A stretch of DNA of 64,000 bases from an uncultured Lentimicrobiaceae bacterium (GCA_964567945.1 CAZMOS010000002.1:6664-70663), one strand, 5' to 3'; counted from the first letter of the stretch, positions 48,816-59,173 are shown. Numbers and translations: made by a program. Notes: generated by a model from the letters alone, not told the origin.

Positions 48816-48816
48816 T

Positions 48817-49764
48817 CTAAAACAACGAGAACTTCACATACCGCTTCGGATTTTCACGGATGTCTTTCAGCAGTTTGTTCAATTCTTCAGCCGACTTGTT
48901 TATTTCGATATACAACGTATCATTATGCATGAGCATGCCCAGTGTTCCTTTGCCTTCGTTGATCTGGGTAAGGATAAACTGTAATTGCTCCAACGATTTG
49001 TTGGCATGGTCAATGGTTTTGGATATATCGGTTACAGCCAGCGTGTCACTGAAAGTACTCAGATTGGCAATCATGTTTTTAATTTCGCCCCTGCTTTTAT
49101 TCAAGGTAAAAGTTATCGAATCAATATTGGCTAATATGGACGAAATTCTGTTGGATTGCGAATCAACCAAAGTATCAATATTTGAGGTAGCACTTTCAAG
49201 GTGGCTGAATGTCTTCCGGATGTCGTTAAAACTTTGCGTTAAATTTTCAACTGCACTTTCGGTGAAAACGGTATGAATGGCAACCACCAATGAGTCAATG
49301 GATGATAATAATTTTTCCGCTTTCACTTTGATGGGTTGTACCTGTGCGCTGACGGCTTCTTTCAGCGAGGCTTCCGTAGCTGATTGAAGCGTATCTCCAC
49401 TGTGGACAAGGGTTGGAGAATCACCCAATATCAGGTCAATGGCTTTGGAACCCATCAGGTCGGCGCTGAATATTTTGGCAACCGTATTACCGGGAATCGG
49501 GAAATCCTGATGCAGGGTGATCATTACCATTACGTTTCCCGATAAATCCGGATTGAGGTAAACCCGGCTAACCTGCCCGACCCTGACACCATTGATCAGT
49601 ACGGGATTGGAGGTTGCCAGCCCGCTCACATTATTGTATGCAGCGTAATAGACTATCTGCTTTTCAAGAAGGTTTTTTCCTTTCAGAAAATTATACCCCC
49701 AGATAAAAAGTAAAAGGGCGAAAATAAAAGATACACCGATAAGAATTTGCTTATAGCGTTTCAC
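48817..49764 (-). CDS. MlaD/MCE-family protein
   Basis: An N-terminal TM helix is followed by the MCE domain (YYAAYNNVSGLATSNPVLINGVRVGQVSRVYL) and a long helical C-terminus. Confidence 0.85.
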   Translation of the reverse strand: MKRYKQILIGVSFIFALLLFIWGYNFLKGKNLLEKQIVYYAAYNNVSGLATSNPVLINGVRVGQVSRVYLNPDLSGNVMVMITLHQDFPIPGNTVAKIFSADLMGSKAIDLILGDSPTLVHSGDTLQSATEASLKEAVSAQVQPIKVKAEKLLSSIDSLVVAIHTVFTESAVENLTQSFNDIRKTFSHLESATSNIDTLVDSQSNRISSILANIDSITFTLNKSRGEIKNMIANLSTFSDTLAVTDISKTIDHANKSLEQLQFILTQINEGKGTLGMLMHNDTLYIEINKSAEELNKLLKDIRENPKRYVKFSLF

Positions 49765-49876
49765 AACTTTGGTTTTGCGTAATTATAACGTAATATTAGT
49801 TGAAATGTTTTCATCAAAATTAAACAAAACTTCACGGAACAAAAACTTTTTTTTTAAAATTCACAATTTAAAACCT

Positions 49877-50959
49877 CTATTTCAATTGTTTTGCTTCTTT
49901 CAGGCTGATCCTTTTCTGCCCGTTAAACACGACAACAAAGGCATCTTTAAAACCGGCATTTTTTACTGTTTTCAAATGCCGGTTTGCGCTGTCCGGTGTT
50001 GAAAATTCACCGGACGTAAATTTATATAAACCATTCTGCTGATACACCCGGACATCATTCACTTTTTTAAAACGTCTGTTTGTCAAAGGAATATTCTTTT
50101 TATTGGTGTAAAACTGAACCCGGTATTTCAATTCGGGTTTGGTCTTGTTTTTTGTTTCCGCCCGGGCAACAACCTTGTTTTGCTTTTCAAATTCCAGTTT
50201 ATATTCTTTAAAAGCCCTGTAAATTGCCGAGGCCATGTAAACCTGGCCTTCCTTTGACATGAGGAACTTTTCTTCGGTTGGGTTGCTCAAATACCCGAGT
50301 TCCACCAACACCCCGGGCATGGCTGTTTTCCATAATACGAGGAAGCCTGCCTGGTGAACACCACGGTCTTTCCTGCCGACTCTGTCATGAAACTGACGTT
50401 GAATATCGTAAGCCAGTTGCAGGCTTTGGTCAAGATATTCACTTTGAAAAAGGGAAAACTGTATATAGGATTCGGCTGACCTGGCATCAAATCCATCATA
50501 CGTTTTACCTGCATCTGCTTCAAACATGATAGCAGCATTTTCCATCATGGCCACATCCAGATTGGCTTTCGACTTGTGTAATCCCATTACATACGTCTCG
50601 GCCCCGTATGGTTTCGATGACTGATTGGAATTGCAATGAATGGAAATGAAAAAGTCGGCTTTATTTTTATTGGCAATTTCAGCCCTTTTGTATAATCCCA
50701 CAAAGCGGTCGTCTTTCCGGGTATAGATCACTTTTACATCGGGTAAATATTTTTCAATATAATATCCTGTTTTCAGGGCCACTGCCAGGGTGATGTCTTT
50801 TTCCCTTGTATGTTTCCCCATGGCTCCGGGATCTTTTCCCCCATGCCCTGCATCAATAACAACTGTAGTTATTTTGCTTCCTCTCTGCCCTTTTACCACC
50901 GATGAAAAAAATATCATCGCAATTGTTAAAACAATTATCTTACAACTCAATTTCATCAT
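49877..50959 (-). CDS. N-acetylmuramoyl-L-alanine amidase (Amidase_3) with C-terminal SPOR domain
   Basis: VVIDAGHGGKDPGA and SIHCNS motifs. The SPOR-like C-terminus reads YRVQFYTNKK...GLYKFTSGEFSTPDSANRHLKTVKNAGFKDAFVV. I moved the start to the MMKLSCK signal peptide at 50959. The track start at 51025 would add 22 residues before the signal peptide and would cover the lptD promoter box. Confidence 0.85.
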   Translation of the reverse strand: MMKLSCKIIVLTIAMIFFSSVVKGQRGSKITTVVIDAGHGGKDPGAMGKHTREKDITLAVALKTGYYIEKYLPDVKVIYTRKDDRFVGLYKRAEIANKNKADFFISIHCNSNQSSKPYGAETYVMGLHKSKANLDVAMMENAAIMFEADAGKTYDGFDARSAESYIQFSLFQSEYLDQSLQLAYDIQRQFHDRVGRKDRGVHQAGFLVLWKTAMPGVLVELGYLSNPTEEKFLMSKEGQVYMASAIYRAFKEYKLEFEKQNKVVARAETKNKTKPELKYRVQFYTNKKNIPLTNRRFKKVNDVRVYQQNGLYKFTSGEFSTPDSANRHLKTVKNAGFKDAFVVVFNGQKRISLKEAKQLK

Positions 50960-50985
50960 ACTGATAGAGTATTTGAAATTGGAAT

Positions 50986-50993
50986 TATATTTG
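50986..50993 (+). promoter_or_regulatory. -7 box TATATTTG (lptD-like promoter)
   Basis: TAnnTTTG match in the divergent spacer, upstream of the TTG start at 51057. Confidence 0.4.
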
Positions 50994-51036
50994 CAATGAA
51001 TAGTACCTTTTATCGTTTGTATCATACGTTATAACA

Positions 51037-51044
51037 CAAAAGTA
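51037..51044 (-). promoter_or_regulatory. -7 box TACTTTTG on the minus strand (amidase promoter)
   Basis: The reverse complement of CAAAAGTA is a TAnnTTTG match in the divergent spacer, upstream of the amidase start. Confidence 0.4.
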
Positions 51045-51056
51045 AATTAAAGCATT

Positions 51057-53726
51057 TTGCCTAAAGGTTGGTCATCCGGTGAATTATTAACATGGATATG
51101 GTTATTAATCCTGACCTTTCTTTTTAACGGCATTTTTGGTAATTCATTATTTACCGATACTCATTTTGGGGCTGATACGACAATAGTCATTGCCGGTGAT
51201 TCAACAATCATGGCCGATACGGTTAAAACTAATCCTGGAATTTCCGACACGACTGCTGCCGGCAAAAGCGGAAACGTAATCGAAGACCTCATCACGCGAA
51301 CCGCACGCGATTCCGTTGTCCAGGACCTGCCTGCACGAAAAATTTATATGTATGGTGATGCAGTAATTACTTATCAGGATATTACTCTGAAAGCAGCTTA
51401 TATTGAAGTGGATTTTAATACCAACACGGTGTATGCGACATATACCGTTGATAGTACGGGGAAAAAAATAGGAGTACCTGAGTTTACCGAAAACAAGCAA
51501 TCTTTCAAAGCAAAAGAAATTACGTATGATTTCAAAACGGAAAAAGGGATCATCCGGCATGTGCTGACTGAAGATGATCAGGGCTTCCTGCACGGTCAGA
51601 AAGTGAAAAAAATGCAGGACAACACCATCAATGTTCTTCATGGGTCTTTTACAACCTGTAATATTGAAGAACATCCCCATTTTGCTTTCAAATTCAAAAA
51701 GGCAAGGGTCATCCCCGATAACAAGATTGTCAGCGGGCCGGTTTACATGGAGATTGAAGGGGTTCCCACACCCCTGGTTTTGCCGTTCGGCCTTTTTCCA
51801 AACAAAACCGGACAAACCTCCGGAATTGTCATACCCACATACGGAGAATCGGTCAACCGCGGATATTACCTTGAAAACGGAGGCTACTACTGGGCCATAA
51901 ACGATTATATGGATTTTCAGATACTGGGAGATATTTATACTTATGGTAGCTGGGCCATCAAGCCCAGGTTCAGGTACAGAAAAATATACAAATACAGCGG
52001 ACAATTCGATTTTGGGTATGCTGTGAATGTTGTGGGCTTTAAAGAAACACCGGGGTATTCAAAGAGCACCGACTTCAAGATCAAATGGAGACACCAGCAG
52101 GACCCCAAGGCGAGACCCCGCAGTTCTTTTTCGGCAGATGTCAACATACTGACCGGCAATTATGTAAAATACAATGTAACATCAACCCAGGATTACCTGT
52201 CCAATGAGTTTCAGTCGAGCATTGCTTATCAAACCAACTGGGCCGGAAAATATTTTCTTACCCTCGACGGAAGTTTCCGGGAAAATACATTAACCCGGCA
52301 GATTGATATTACCCTGCCGTCGCTGACATTTACGGTCAACCGGTTTTATCCCTTGAAAAGCAAAACGAGTACAAAAAAAAGATTTTACGAAGAGCTCAGT
52401 ATCAGCTATACCATGAATGCAAAAGCTGCAATTTCCACACTGGACTCTTTGTTGTTTGAACCCGGAACCATCATAAAGGATTTACAAAACGGAGCCGTTC
52501 ATAAAATACCCGTTACCCTGCCCATCAGAATGTTTAAATACCTGACCCTAAGCAACTCCATTAACATAACAGACCGGATGTACTCTGCCAGTTCCAGGCT
52601 GCACTATGATCCTGATACATTGGTCATCGGAAATGACACTTTGCCTCCGGGTGTGAGAACGGATACCCTTTACGGATTTAATAATGCTTTTGATTTTTCC
52701 CTGAGCAGCTCTCTGTCCACAAAGATATACGGGATGATCCGTTTAAAAAAAGGACCTCTGCGGGCAATCCGTCATGTATTAACTCCCAGCATCAGCTTTT
52801 CTTATGTTCCTGATTTCGGAAATGAAAATCTGGGTTATTACAAAACTTACACAGATAAAGACGGGAATGAGGTAAAATACTCCATTTTCGATAATACTTA
52901 TTTCAGATCTTTGTACGGGAGTCCTCCTGCTAACCGGTCGGGAAGGATAAGTTTCAACTTCGGGAATAATCTTGAGATTAAAGTCCGTTCTAAAAAAGAT
53001 ACCATTACCGGGATGAAAAAGATCGCCTTGATTGATAATTTTAACATATCGGGCAGTTATGACCTGGCTGCCGATTCATTAAATTTTTCTTTTTTGTCCC
53101 TAACCGGCAGAACCAAATTATGGAAAAACCTGAATTTGAAATATGGCTCACGTTGGGATCCCTATACAGTTGACTCTTCGGGCAGAAGGATTAATACCTT
53201 TCAGTGGGATGTAAACCGTCAGTTGTTCAGGATGGATAATACGATCTGGGCTCTAAGCCTGGGCATTAAACTGGGAGACAAGGATTTCAAAAAAAAGAAA
53301 AAAGAAAAACCCAAAGAAGCCACAGAAAACGAATGGGAAGAGATTGAAAGCCATCCGGAGAATTATGTGGACTGGAGCATCCCCTGGTCACTTAACCTGA
53401 ATTATACTTTTCAATATTCTAACAATCCCATTTATCTGAATTATATAAGATCGAACAACAGAAAGATCGTCCAGACGCTTGCCATCAACGGTCAGGTGAA
53501 CATTACGCCCAAATGGAAATTTACTTTCCGCACCGGATGGGATTTTACGAACAACGAAGTTTCCTACACATCTATCAGCTTATATCGTGATCTGCATTGT
53601 TGGGAAATGCGTTTTAACTGGGTGCCTCTGGGTCCGCGTCAAAGCTGGAATTTCAGCATCAATGTAAAAGCATCCATTTTGCAAGACCTCAAACTGAACA
53701 AAAAGAACGACTGGAGGGATTTCTAA
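51057..53726 (+). CDS. lptD: Putative LPS-assembly outer-membrane protein (Bacteroidota LptD-like)
   Basis: 889 aa. An N-terminal OstA-like segment (YMYGDAVITYQDITLKAAYIEVDFNTNTVYA) precedes a very large beta-barrel-like region rich in aromatic-x-aromatic strands. The divergent pairing with the amidase gene is a conserved arrangement in Bacteroidota. Confidence 0.75.
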   Translation: MPKGWSSGELLTWIWLLILTFLFNGIFGNSLFTDTHFGADTTIVIAGDSTIMADTVKTNPGISDTTAAGKSGNVIEDLITRTARDSVVQDLPARKIYMYGDAVITYQDITLKAAYIEVDFNTNTVYATYTVDSTGKKIGVPEFTENKQSFKAKEITYDFKTEKGIIRHVLTEDDQGFLHGQKVKKMQDNTINVLHGSFTTCNIEEHPHFAFKFKKARVIPDNKIVSGPVYMEIEGVPTPLVLPFGLFPNKTGQTSGIVIPTYGESVNRGYYLENGGYYWAINDYMDFQILGDIYTYGSWAIKPRFRYRKIYKYSGQFDFGYAVNVVGFKETPGYSKSTDFKIKWRHQQDPKARPRSSFSADVNILTGNYVKYNVTSTQDYLSNEFQSSIAYQTNWAGKYFLTLDGSFRENTLTRQIDITLPSLTFTVNRFYPLKSKTSTKKRFYEELSISYTMNAKAAISTLDSLLFEPGTIIKDLQNGAVHKIPVTLPIRMFKYLTLSNSINITDRMYSASSRLHYDPDTLVIGNDTLPPGVRTDTLYGFNNAFDFSLSSSLSTKIYGMIRLKKGPLRAIRHVLTPSISFSYVPDFGNENLGYYKTYTDKDGNEVKYSIFDNTYFRSLYGSPPANRSGRISFNFGNNLEIKVRSKKDTITGMKKIALIDNFNISGSYDLAADSLNFSFLSLTGRTKLWKNLNLKYGSRWDPYTVDSSGRRINTFQWDVNRQLFRMDNTIWALSLGIKLGDKDFKKKKKEKPKEATENEWEEIESHPENYVDWSIPWSLNLNYTFQYSNNPIYLNYIRSNNRKIVQTLAINGQVNITPKWKFTFRTGWDFTNNEVSYTSISLYRDLHCWEMRFNWVPLGPRQSWNFSINVKASILQDLKLNKKNDWRDF

Positions 53727-54045
53727 ACCGGTTATGTTTTTAACCGTTTGCCGGTAACAAAAAAAGAGATGGTTTTTTTCTTTCAAGTCAAAAAAATTTT
53801 ATATTTGAGTCGTCTTTTATAAACCAACAACTTTTTTTATTTTATAACTTACTAACCTTCAATAAGTAATTACTTTGTTTTAAGGTTTTTGTTGAGGTTG
53901 AGGAATCTAAAACAGAACAACTGAATGGCACGACCATTATTAAAACGCATCATACTCCAGGAAATTTCCATTTGTCGAAGTTGTAAACACCCAAACAAAA
54001 TATTTTTTTCAAACCCATACTTTTCATTAACTTAATATTACCATT

Positions 54046-57000
54046 ATGAGAAAACATTATGCTTTTGTAATTGCGTTGAGCATGCTGATCATTTTGCCAT
54101 CCTCAATGCTTTGGTCGCAAAACAAACCCATCTATCCGGCCAAGATCCTCAAACCAATCCACTTTGACGTTTCAAAAAATTTGAGGGATGTCACACCCAT
54201 TCCGCCCGGGGAACGCACCCGCTCGTGGAAAGAAAACCTGATCAAAAATAAATTCGGTTTTCAGGAAGAATTCAAACGGCCATCAACCTTAGTGGGCCCG
54301 GACCCTGTACTTCAGGATAACATCCCTGCGACAAGGGCAACGGTTACAATCGGCCAGAATTTTGCCGGTGTCAGCAACCTTAACGGGGTAGCCCCTCCGG
54401 ACACGGACGGTGATGTTGGTCTCAGTCATTATTTTCAAATGATCAATTTGTCGTATGCCGTATGGGACAAAAACGGGAACCAGTTACTTGCCCCGGCCGA
54501 CAACCAGACCATCTGGGAAGGTTTTGATGACGGGCAGCCGTATGACAACGCCAATGATGGCGATCCCATCGTTTTATATGACGAGTATGCCGACAGGTGG
54601 CTTGTGAGCCAGTTTGCCGTAAATACAACAAACACAAAATATTATGAACTGGTTGCCATATCCACAACTTCTGATCCTACCGGTTCATGGTACAGATATG
54701 CTTTTGAGTTTGACAATATGCCCGATTACCCGAAATTCGGTATCTGGCCTGATGGATATTATCTTACAGTAAACCAGTTTGCCAACGGGTCAACGTGGGC
54801 CGGAGGTGGTGTGGCCATCCTTGACCGGTCAGCCATGCTCAATGGAAATGCAACAGCCACGATGGTGTTTTTCAACCTGGGAACCAGTTACGGAAGCTTA
54901 TTGCCTGCTGACTGCGATGGTGCCACTTTACCACCGACCGGAGCGCCCAACTATCTGATGAACCTGACAACAAACGGGCTCCGTATATGGGAAGCACAGG
55001 TTGACTGGGGAAATACAAGCAACTCAACCGTTACGCTTGTGAGTACCTTGTCGGTACAGGCCTATTCATACAGTGGTATAACCATTAATCAACCGGGCAC
55101 AACCCAGACACTGGACGACCTTGCCGACAGGTTGATGTACAGGATCCAATACAGAAATTTCGGCGATCATCAGACGATGGTCACCAGCCACACTGTAAAT
55201 GCAGACGGTAACGGCCAGGCGGGTGTCCGCTGGTACGAATTGAGAAACACGGGTAGCGGATGGAGCGTTTACCAGCAAGGGACCTATGCCCCTGCTGACG
55301 GAGACAATCGCTGGATGTCGAGCATTGCCATGAACGGCAGCGGTGATATTGCCATCGGATATTCCGTTTCGAGTTCCTCAACCTATCCCTCCATTCGCTG
55401 TGCCGGACAAACGGCAGGTGCTCCTTCGGGATTAGGTGTTTTGGATATTGCTGAAACAACTATCAAGGCGGGTGCCGCCTCACAAACCGGCGTAAGCCGA
55501 TGGGGTGATTATTCCATGATGTCTGTTGATCCCACTGATGACGCTACTTTCTGGTACACCCAGGAATATTCAACCGGGAGTTGGGACTGGAAAACACAGA
55601 TTGCTTCATTTTCATTCGAAACGCCTCCCCCGGTTGCTCCAGTCGCAGATTTTACTGCTGACCAGACTTACATTGCAACAGGCACTTCGGTTAACTTCCA
55701 GGATCAGTCATTGAATAACCCCACATCATGGAGTTGGTCGTTCCCAGGAGGAACTCCCTCTTCAAGCACTGCCCAAAATCCAACCATAGCTTACAATACG
55801 GCAGGAGTTTATTCGGTAACCCTGACTGTTTCGAACTCAGCAGGTTCTGATACCAAAACGATTACAAATTATATAACGGTTGAAGACGCACCTGTTACCT
55901 ATTGCGCCTCACAAGGGAACAGCCAGTCGTATGAGTGGATCAAAGAAGTACAATTCGGCACGTTTGTTAACAGCTCGGGAGCTACTCCTTATTCCGATTT
56001 CACAAGCATGACCGTTTCCATGGAAGCCGGTTCCACAATTTCGGTAACGCTCACACCAGGATTTTCGGGAAGTACCTACACCGAAGATTTTAAAGTCTGG
56101 ATTGATTACAACAAAAACGGTGACTTTACCGATGCAGGTGAAGAGGTTTTCAGCGGTGCGGGGTCAAGCGCCGTGTCAGGCAGTTTCACCGTGAGTGCAG
56201 CAGCAACCGGAAACACAAGGATGAGGATATCCATGAAATGGAATGGCTATCCCACACCCTGTGAAACTTTCAGCTATGGAGAAGTAGAAGATTACACGGT
56301 TTCAATTACATCAGCAACACCTGTTGCTCCGGTAGCCGACTTTACAGCCGACAATACCACCGTAGCAGAAGGAACGGTTGTGAATTTTACAGACCAGTCG
56401 TCCAATGTACCAACATCGTGGGCGTGGACGTTCACCGGAGGTAACCCCTCAAGCAGCACGGCACAAAATCCAAGTGTTCAGTATGATGTTTCAGGAAGTT
56501 ATACGGTTGAGCTGACAGCTACAAACGATGCCGGTTCGGATACCAAAACAAAGGTAGATTATATTACGGTGATGAAATTGCCGGTAGCCGACTTTACGGC
56601 TGACCAGACAGTTATTGACAAAGGACAAAGTGTGAATTTTACCGACTTGTCCACCGATGCCACAAGCTGGTCATGGACATTTAACGGAGGTACACCTGCA
56701 ACAAGTACTGCACAAAATCCAACAGTAACCTACAATACGCCGGGAACTTATACAGTGGAGCTTACAGCCAGCAATGCCGTGGGTTCCGACACCAAAACAA
56801 AAACGGCATATATTACCGTAAACGATGTGGTTATTGCTCCCGTTGCCGACTTTACCGCAGATGCTACTTCGGTAACGGAAGGAACGACAGTTAATTTCAC
56901 CGACCTCTCGACCAATAACCCGACAAGCTGGTCATGGACATTTAACGGAGGTACGCCTTCAAGCAGCACAGCACAAAACCCTTCAGTGACATACAATACA

Positions 57001-57873
57001 GCCGGAACTTATGATGTCACGCTGGTTGCGTCCAACTCGGCCGGCTCGGACAGCAATACAAAAACAGGGTACATCACAGTCACGACAGCCCCATCAACCG
57101 TTACACTGAGTTTTACAGACTTCGAAAGCGGTTGGGGAATCTGGACTGATGGCGGTGTTGATTGTAAATATTATACCGGTGGAACCTATGCATGGAGTGG
57201 AAGCGATGCGGCAGATATTCAGGATAATTCCGGTATAAAATCTTCTTTCTATATGACAAACGGAGAAGATGTCAATTCACCGGGTTATATTCAAATACAG
57301 GTTGAGTTTTACTTTGTTGCCATCAGTATGGAATACGGAGAAGATTTCTTTGTCCAGTATTATGACGGCTCTTCCTGGAATATTGTAGCTGATTTTGCAA
57401 GAGGCTATGATTTTGAAAACAATTATTTCTATATAGCCACTGTCAACATTTATGAATCCGATTATACATTCCCTTCCAATATGAAGATACGGTTTATGTG
57501 CGATGCAAGTGGAAACTGGGATGATGTTTACATTGATGACATCACGATTCTGGCCTCCACTTCAACAATCAACGGACCTGTTAAAATGGTTGATGTGAAG
57601 GATACGGGTAAAAAATTGTCAGCCGGTGACATAGAAGATGAAGTTACCCTTTATCCGAATCCGGCAAATGATGTTTTAAATGTTATTGTTGATGTTGAAA
57701 GCGACGAAAGCAGTGATGTTACCATCTACAGCACCTCGGGAGAAATGATGCAGCATGTTACTTTACCGGCCGGTGAAGAACAAATCAATATCAATAAACT
57801 GCGTCCCGGAGTATATATTGTAAAAGTAACAATCGGAGATGAAACCTATTCAAAGAAAATTATCAAAAAATAG
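54046..57873 (+). CDS. Large T9SS-secreted modular protein: N-terminal domain of unknown function, PKD, GEVED, 3x PKD, MAM-like, C-terminal sorting domain
   Basis: A signal peptide and a roughly 520-aa uncharacterised domain come first. Four PKD units follow the pattern PVADFTAD...SW.W.F.GG.P..STAQNP.V.Y...G.Y.V.L.A.N..GSD. A literal YGEVEDYTV motif marks the GEVED domain. An FESGWGIW... jelly-roll (MAM-like) follows. The C-terminus LYPNPANDVLNV...GVYIVKV...KKIIKK is a type A T9SS sorting domain. Confidence 0.88.
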   Translation: MRKHYAFVIALSMLIILPSSMLWSQNKPIYPAKILKPIHFDVSKNLRDVTPIPPGERTRSWKENLIKNKFGFQEEFKRPSTLVGPDPVLQDNIPATRATVTIGQNFAGVSNLNGVAPPDTDGDVGLSHYFQMINLSYAVWDKNGNQLLAPADNQTIWEGFDDGQPYDNANDGDPIVLYDEYADRWLVSQFAVNTTNTKYYELVAISTTSDPTGSWYRYAFEFDNMPDYPKFGIWPDGYYLTVNQFANGSTWAGGGVAILDRSAMLNGNATATMVFFNLGTSYGSLLPADCDGATLPPTGAPNYLMNLTTNGLRIWEAQVDWGNTSNSTVTLVSTLSVQAYSYSGITINQPGTTQTLDDLADRLMYRIQYRNFGDHQTMVTSHTVNADGNGQAGVRWYELRNTGSGWSVYQQGTYAPADGDNRWMSSIAMNGSGDIAIGYSVSSSSTYPSIRCAGQTAGAPSGLGVLDIAETTIKAGAASQTGVSRWGDYSMMSVDPTDDATFWYTQEYSTGSWDWKTQIASFSFETPPPVAPVADFTADQTYIATGTSVNFQDQSLNNPTSWSWSFPGGTPSSSTAQNPTIAYNTAGVYSVTLTVSNSAGSDTKTITNYITVEDAPVTYCASQGNSQSYEWIKEVQFGTFVNSSGATPYSDFTSMTVSMEAGSTISVTLTPGFSGSTYTEDFKVWIDYNKNGDFTDAGEEVFSGAGSSAVSGSFTVSAAATGNTRMRISMKWNGYPTPCETFSYGEVEDYTVSITSATPVAPVADFTADNTTVAEGTVVNFTDQSSNVPTSWAWTFTGGNPSSSTAQNPSVQYDVSGSYTVELTATNDAGSDTKTKVDYITVMKLPVADFTADQTVIDKGQSVNFTDLSTDATSWSWTFNGGTPATSTAQNPTVTYNTPGTYTVELTASNAVGSDTKTKTAYITVNDVVIAPVADFTADATSVTEGTTVNFTDLSTNNPTSWSWTFNGGTPSSSTAQNPSVTYNTAGTYDVTLVASNSAGSDSNTKTGYITVTTAPSTVTLSFTDFESGWGIWTDGGVDCKYYTGGTYAWSGSDAADIQDNSGIKSSFYMTNGEDVNSPGYIQIQVEFYFVAISMEYGEDFFVQYYDGSSWNIVADFARGYDFENNYFYIATVNIYESDYTFPSNMKIRFMCDASGNWDDVYIDDITILASTSTINGPVKMVDVKDTGKKLSAGDIEDEVTLYPNPANDVLNVIVDVESDESSDVTIYSTSGEMMQHVTLPAGEEQININKLRPGVYIVKVTIGDETYSKKIIKK
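56320..57085 (+). repeat. Three tandem PKD-domain coding repeats (about 255 bp each) inside the cargo gene
   Basis: DNA-level similarity is visible, for example AGCTGGTCATGGACATTTAACGGAGGTAC at about 56667 and about 56925. A fourth, more diverged unit lies at about 55630-55880. Confidence 0.85.
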
Positions 57874-57893
57874 TCCTTTCATCACTAATTAAG

Positions 57894-57934
57894 AAAACCC
57901 TGTCCGGGAAATTCCTGGACAGGGTTTTTTTCTT
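57894..57934. terminator. Strong, potentially bidirectional terminator hairpin between convergent genes
   Basis: AAAACCCTGTCCGGG-aaatt-CCTGGACAGGGTTTT is flanked by an A-run on the left and a T-run on the right. Confidence 0.8.
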
Positions 57935-58006
57935 TTTTAGAAATAAACCCGTCAGGTCTCTGTGGGTTTTAATACTGATGGGGAAATCAATTGCAAGGAA
58001 AGTCAT

Positions 58007-59173
58007 TTACTCAAACGCCGGAATACCCGTAATATCCATACCTGTGATCAGCAAATGGATATCGTGCGTACCTTCATACGTGATAACCGATTCCATGTTC
58101 ATCATGTGGCGCATCATCGGGAAATCGCCGGTGATACCCATGGCTCCGAGAATCTGCCGGCTTTCACGGGCAATCTTTAACGCCATTTCCACATTGTTTC
58201 GTTTGGCCATTGAAATTTGTGCTGGTGTTGCCCTGTCTTCATTTTTCAGCATGCCCAGGCGCCATACCAGCAATTGAGCTTTTGTGATTTCCGTTAACAT
58301 CTCTGCCAGTTTCTTTTGCTGCAATTGGAACGAAGCAATGGGTTTTTTAAATTGTTTGCGTTCCAGGGCATAACGTAATGCGGTATCGTAACAATCCATT
58401 GCTGCTCCCAGCACGCCCCACGCAATGCCGTAACGGGCAGAATTCAGGCACATGAGCGGCCCTTTCAGTCCTTTGATGTTTGGCATCAGGTTTTCTTTCG
58501 GCACCCTGACATTGTCAAAAATCAGTTCGCCTGTGGAAGATGCCCGCAACGACCATTTTTTTTTGGTTTCAGGAGTGGTAAAACCCTCCATACCGCGTTC
58601 CACGACCATCCCCCTTATTTTACCCTCTTCATCTTTTGCCCAGACTACAGCCACATCACAGATCGAAGCATTCGTGATCCACATTTTGGAACCGTTCAGC
58701 AAATAATGGTCGCCTTTATCTTTAAAACTGGTCAGCATGCTACCGGGATCCGAACCATGATTCGGTTCGGTCAGACCGAATGCACCGACCCACTCGCCGG
58801 TTGCCAGTTTAGGCAGGTATTTCATCCGTTGCTCCTCCGACCCGAAAGCGTATATGGGATACATCACCAGCGAAGTCTGTACGGAAGCCGTGGAGCGGAT
58901 AGCCGAGTCACCCCTTTCCAACTCGGTCATGATCAGGCCGTACGAAATATGATCCAAGCCCGAGCCGCCGTACTTCCCGGGAATAAAAGGCCCGAAGGTG
59001 CCGATCTCTCCCATCTCTTTGATCAGGTGGGTGGGATAAGTATGTTTTTGAGCATAATCGTCAATAATGGGTTTTACGGAGCGATCCACCCAGTCGCGAA
59101 TAGCCGAACGTATAATTTTATGTTCATCTGTCAACAGTTCGTCAACCAGGTAATAATCAGGAGGATTGTACAT
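58007..59173 (-). CDS. Acyl-CoA dehydrogenase family protein (glutaryl-CoA dehydrogenase-like)
   Basis: 388 aa with the ACAD N/M/C domain pattern: GAFGLTEPNHGSDPGSM, WITNA and a C-terminal YEGTHDIHLLI. The overall layout resembles GcdH. Confidence 0.85.
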   Translation of the reverse strand: MYNPPDYYLVDELLTDEHKIIRSAIRDWVDRSVKPIIDDYAQKHTYPTHLIKEMGEIGTFGPFIPGKYGGSGLDHISYGLIMTELERGDSAIRSTASVQTSLVMYPIYAFGSEEQRMKYLPKLATGEWVGAFGLTEPNHGSDPGSMLTSFKDKGDHYLLNGSKMWITNASICDVAVVWAKDEEGKIRGMVVERGMEGFTTPETKKKWSLRASSTGELIFDNVRVPKENLMPNIKGLKGPLMCLNSARYGIAWGVLGAAMDCYDTALRYALERKQFKKPIASFQLQQKKLAEMLTEITKAQLLVWRLGMLKNEDRATPAQISMAKRNNVEMALKIARESRQILGAMGITGDFPMMRHMMNMESVITYEGTHDIHLLITGMDITGIPAFE

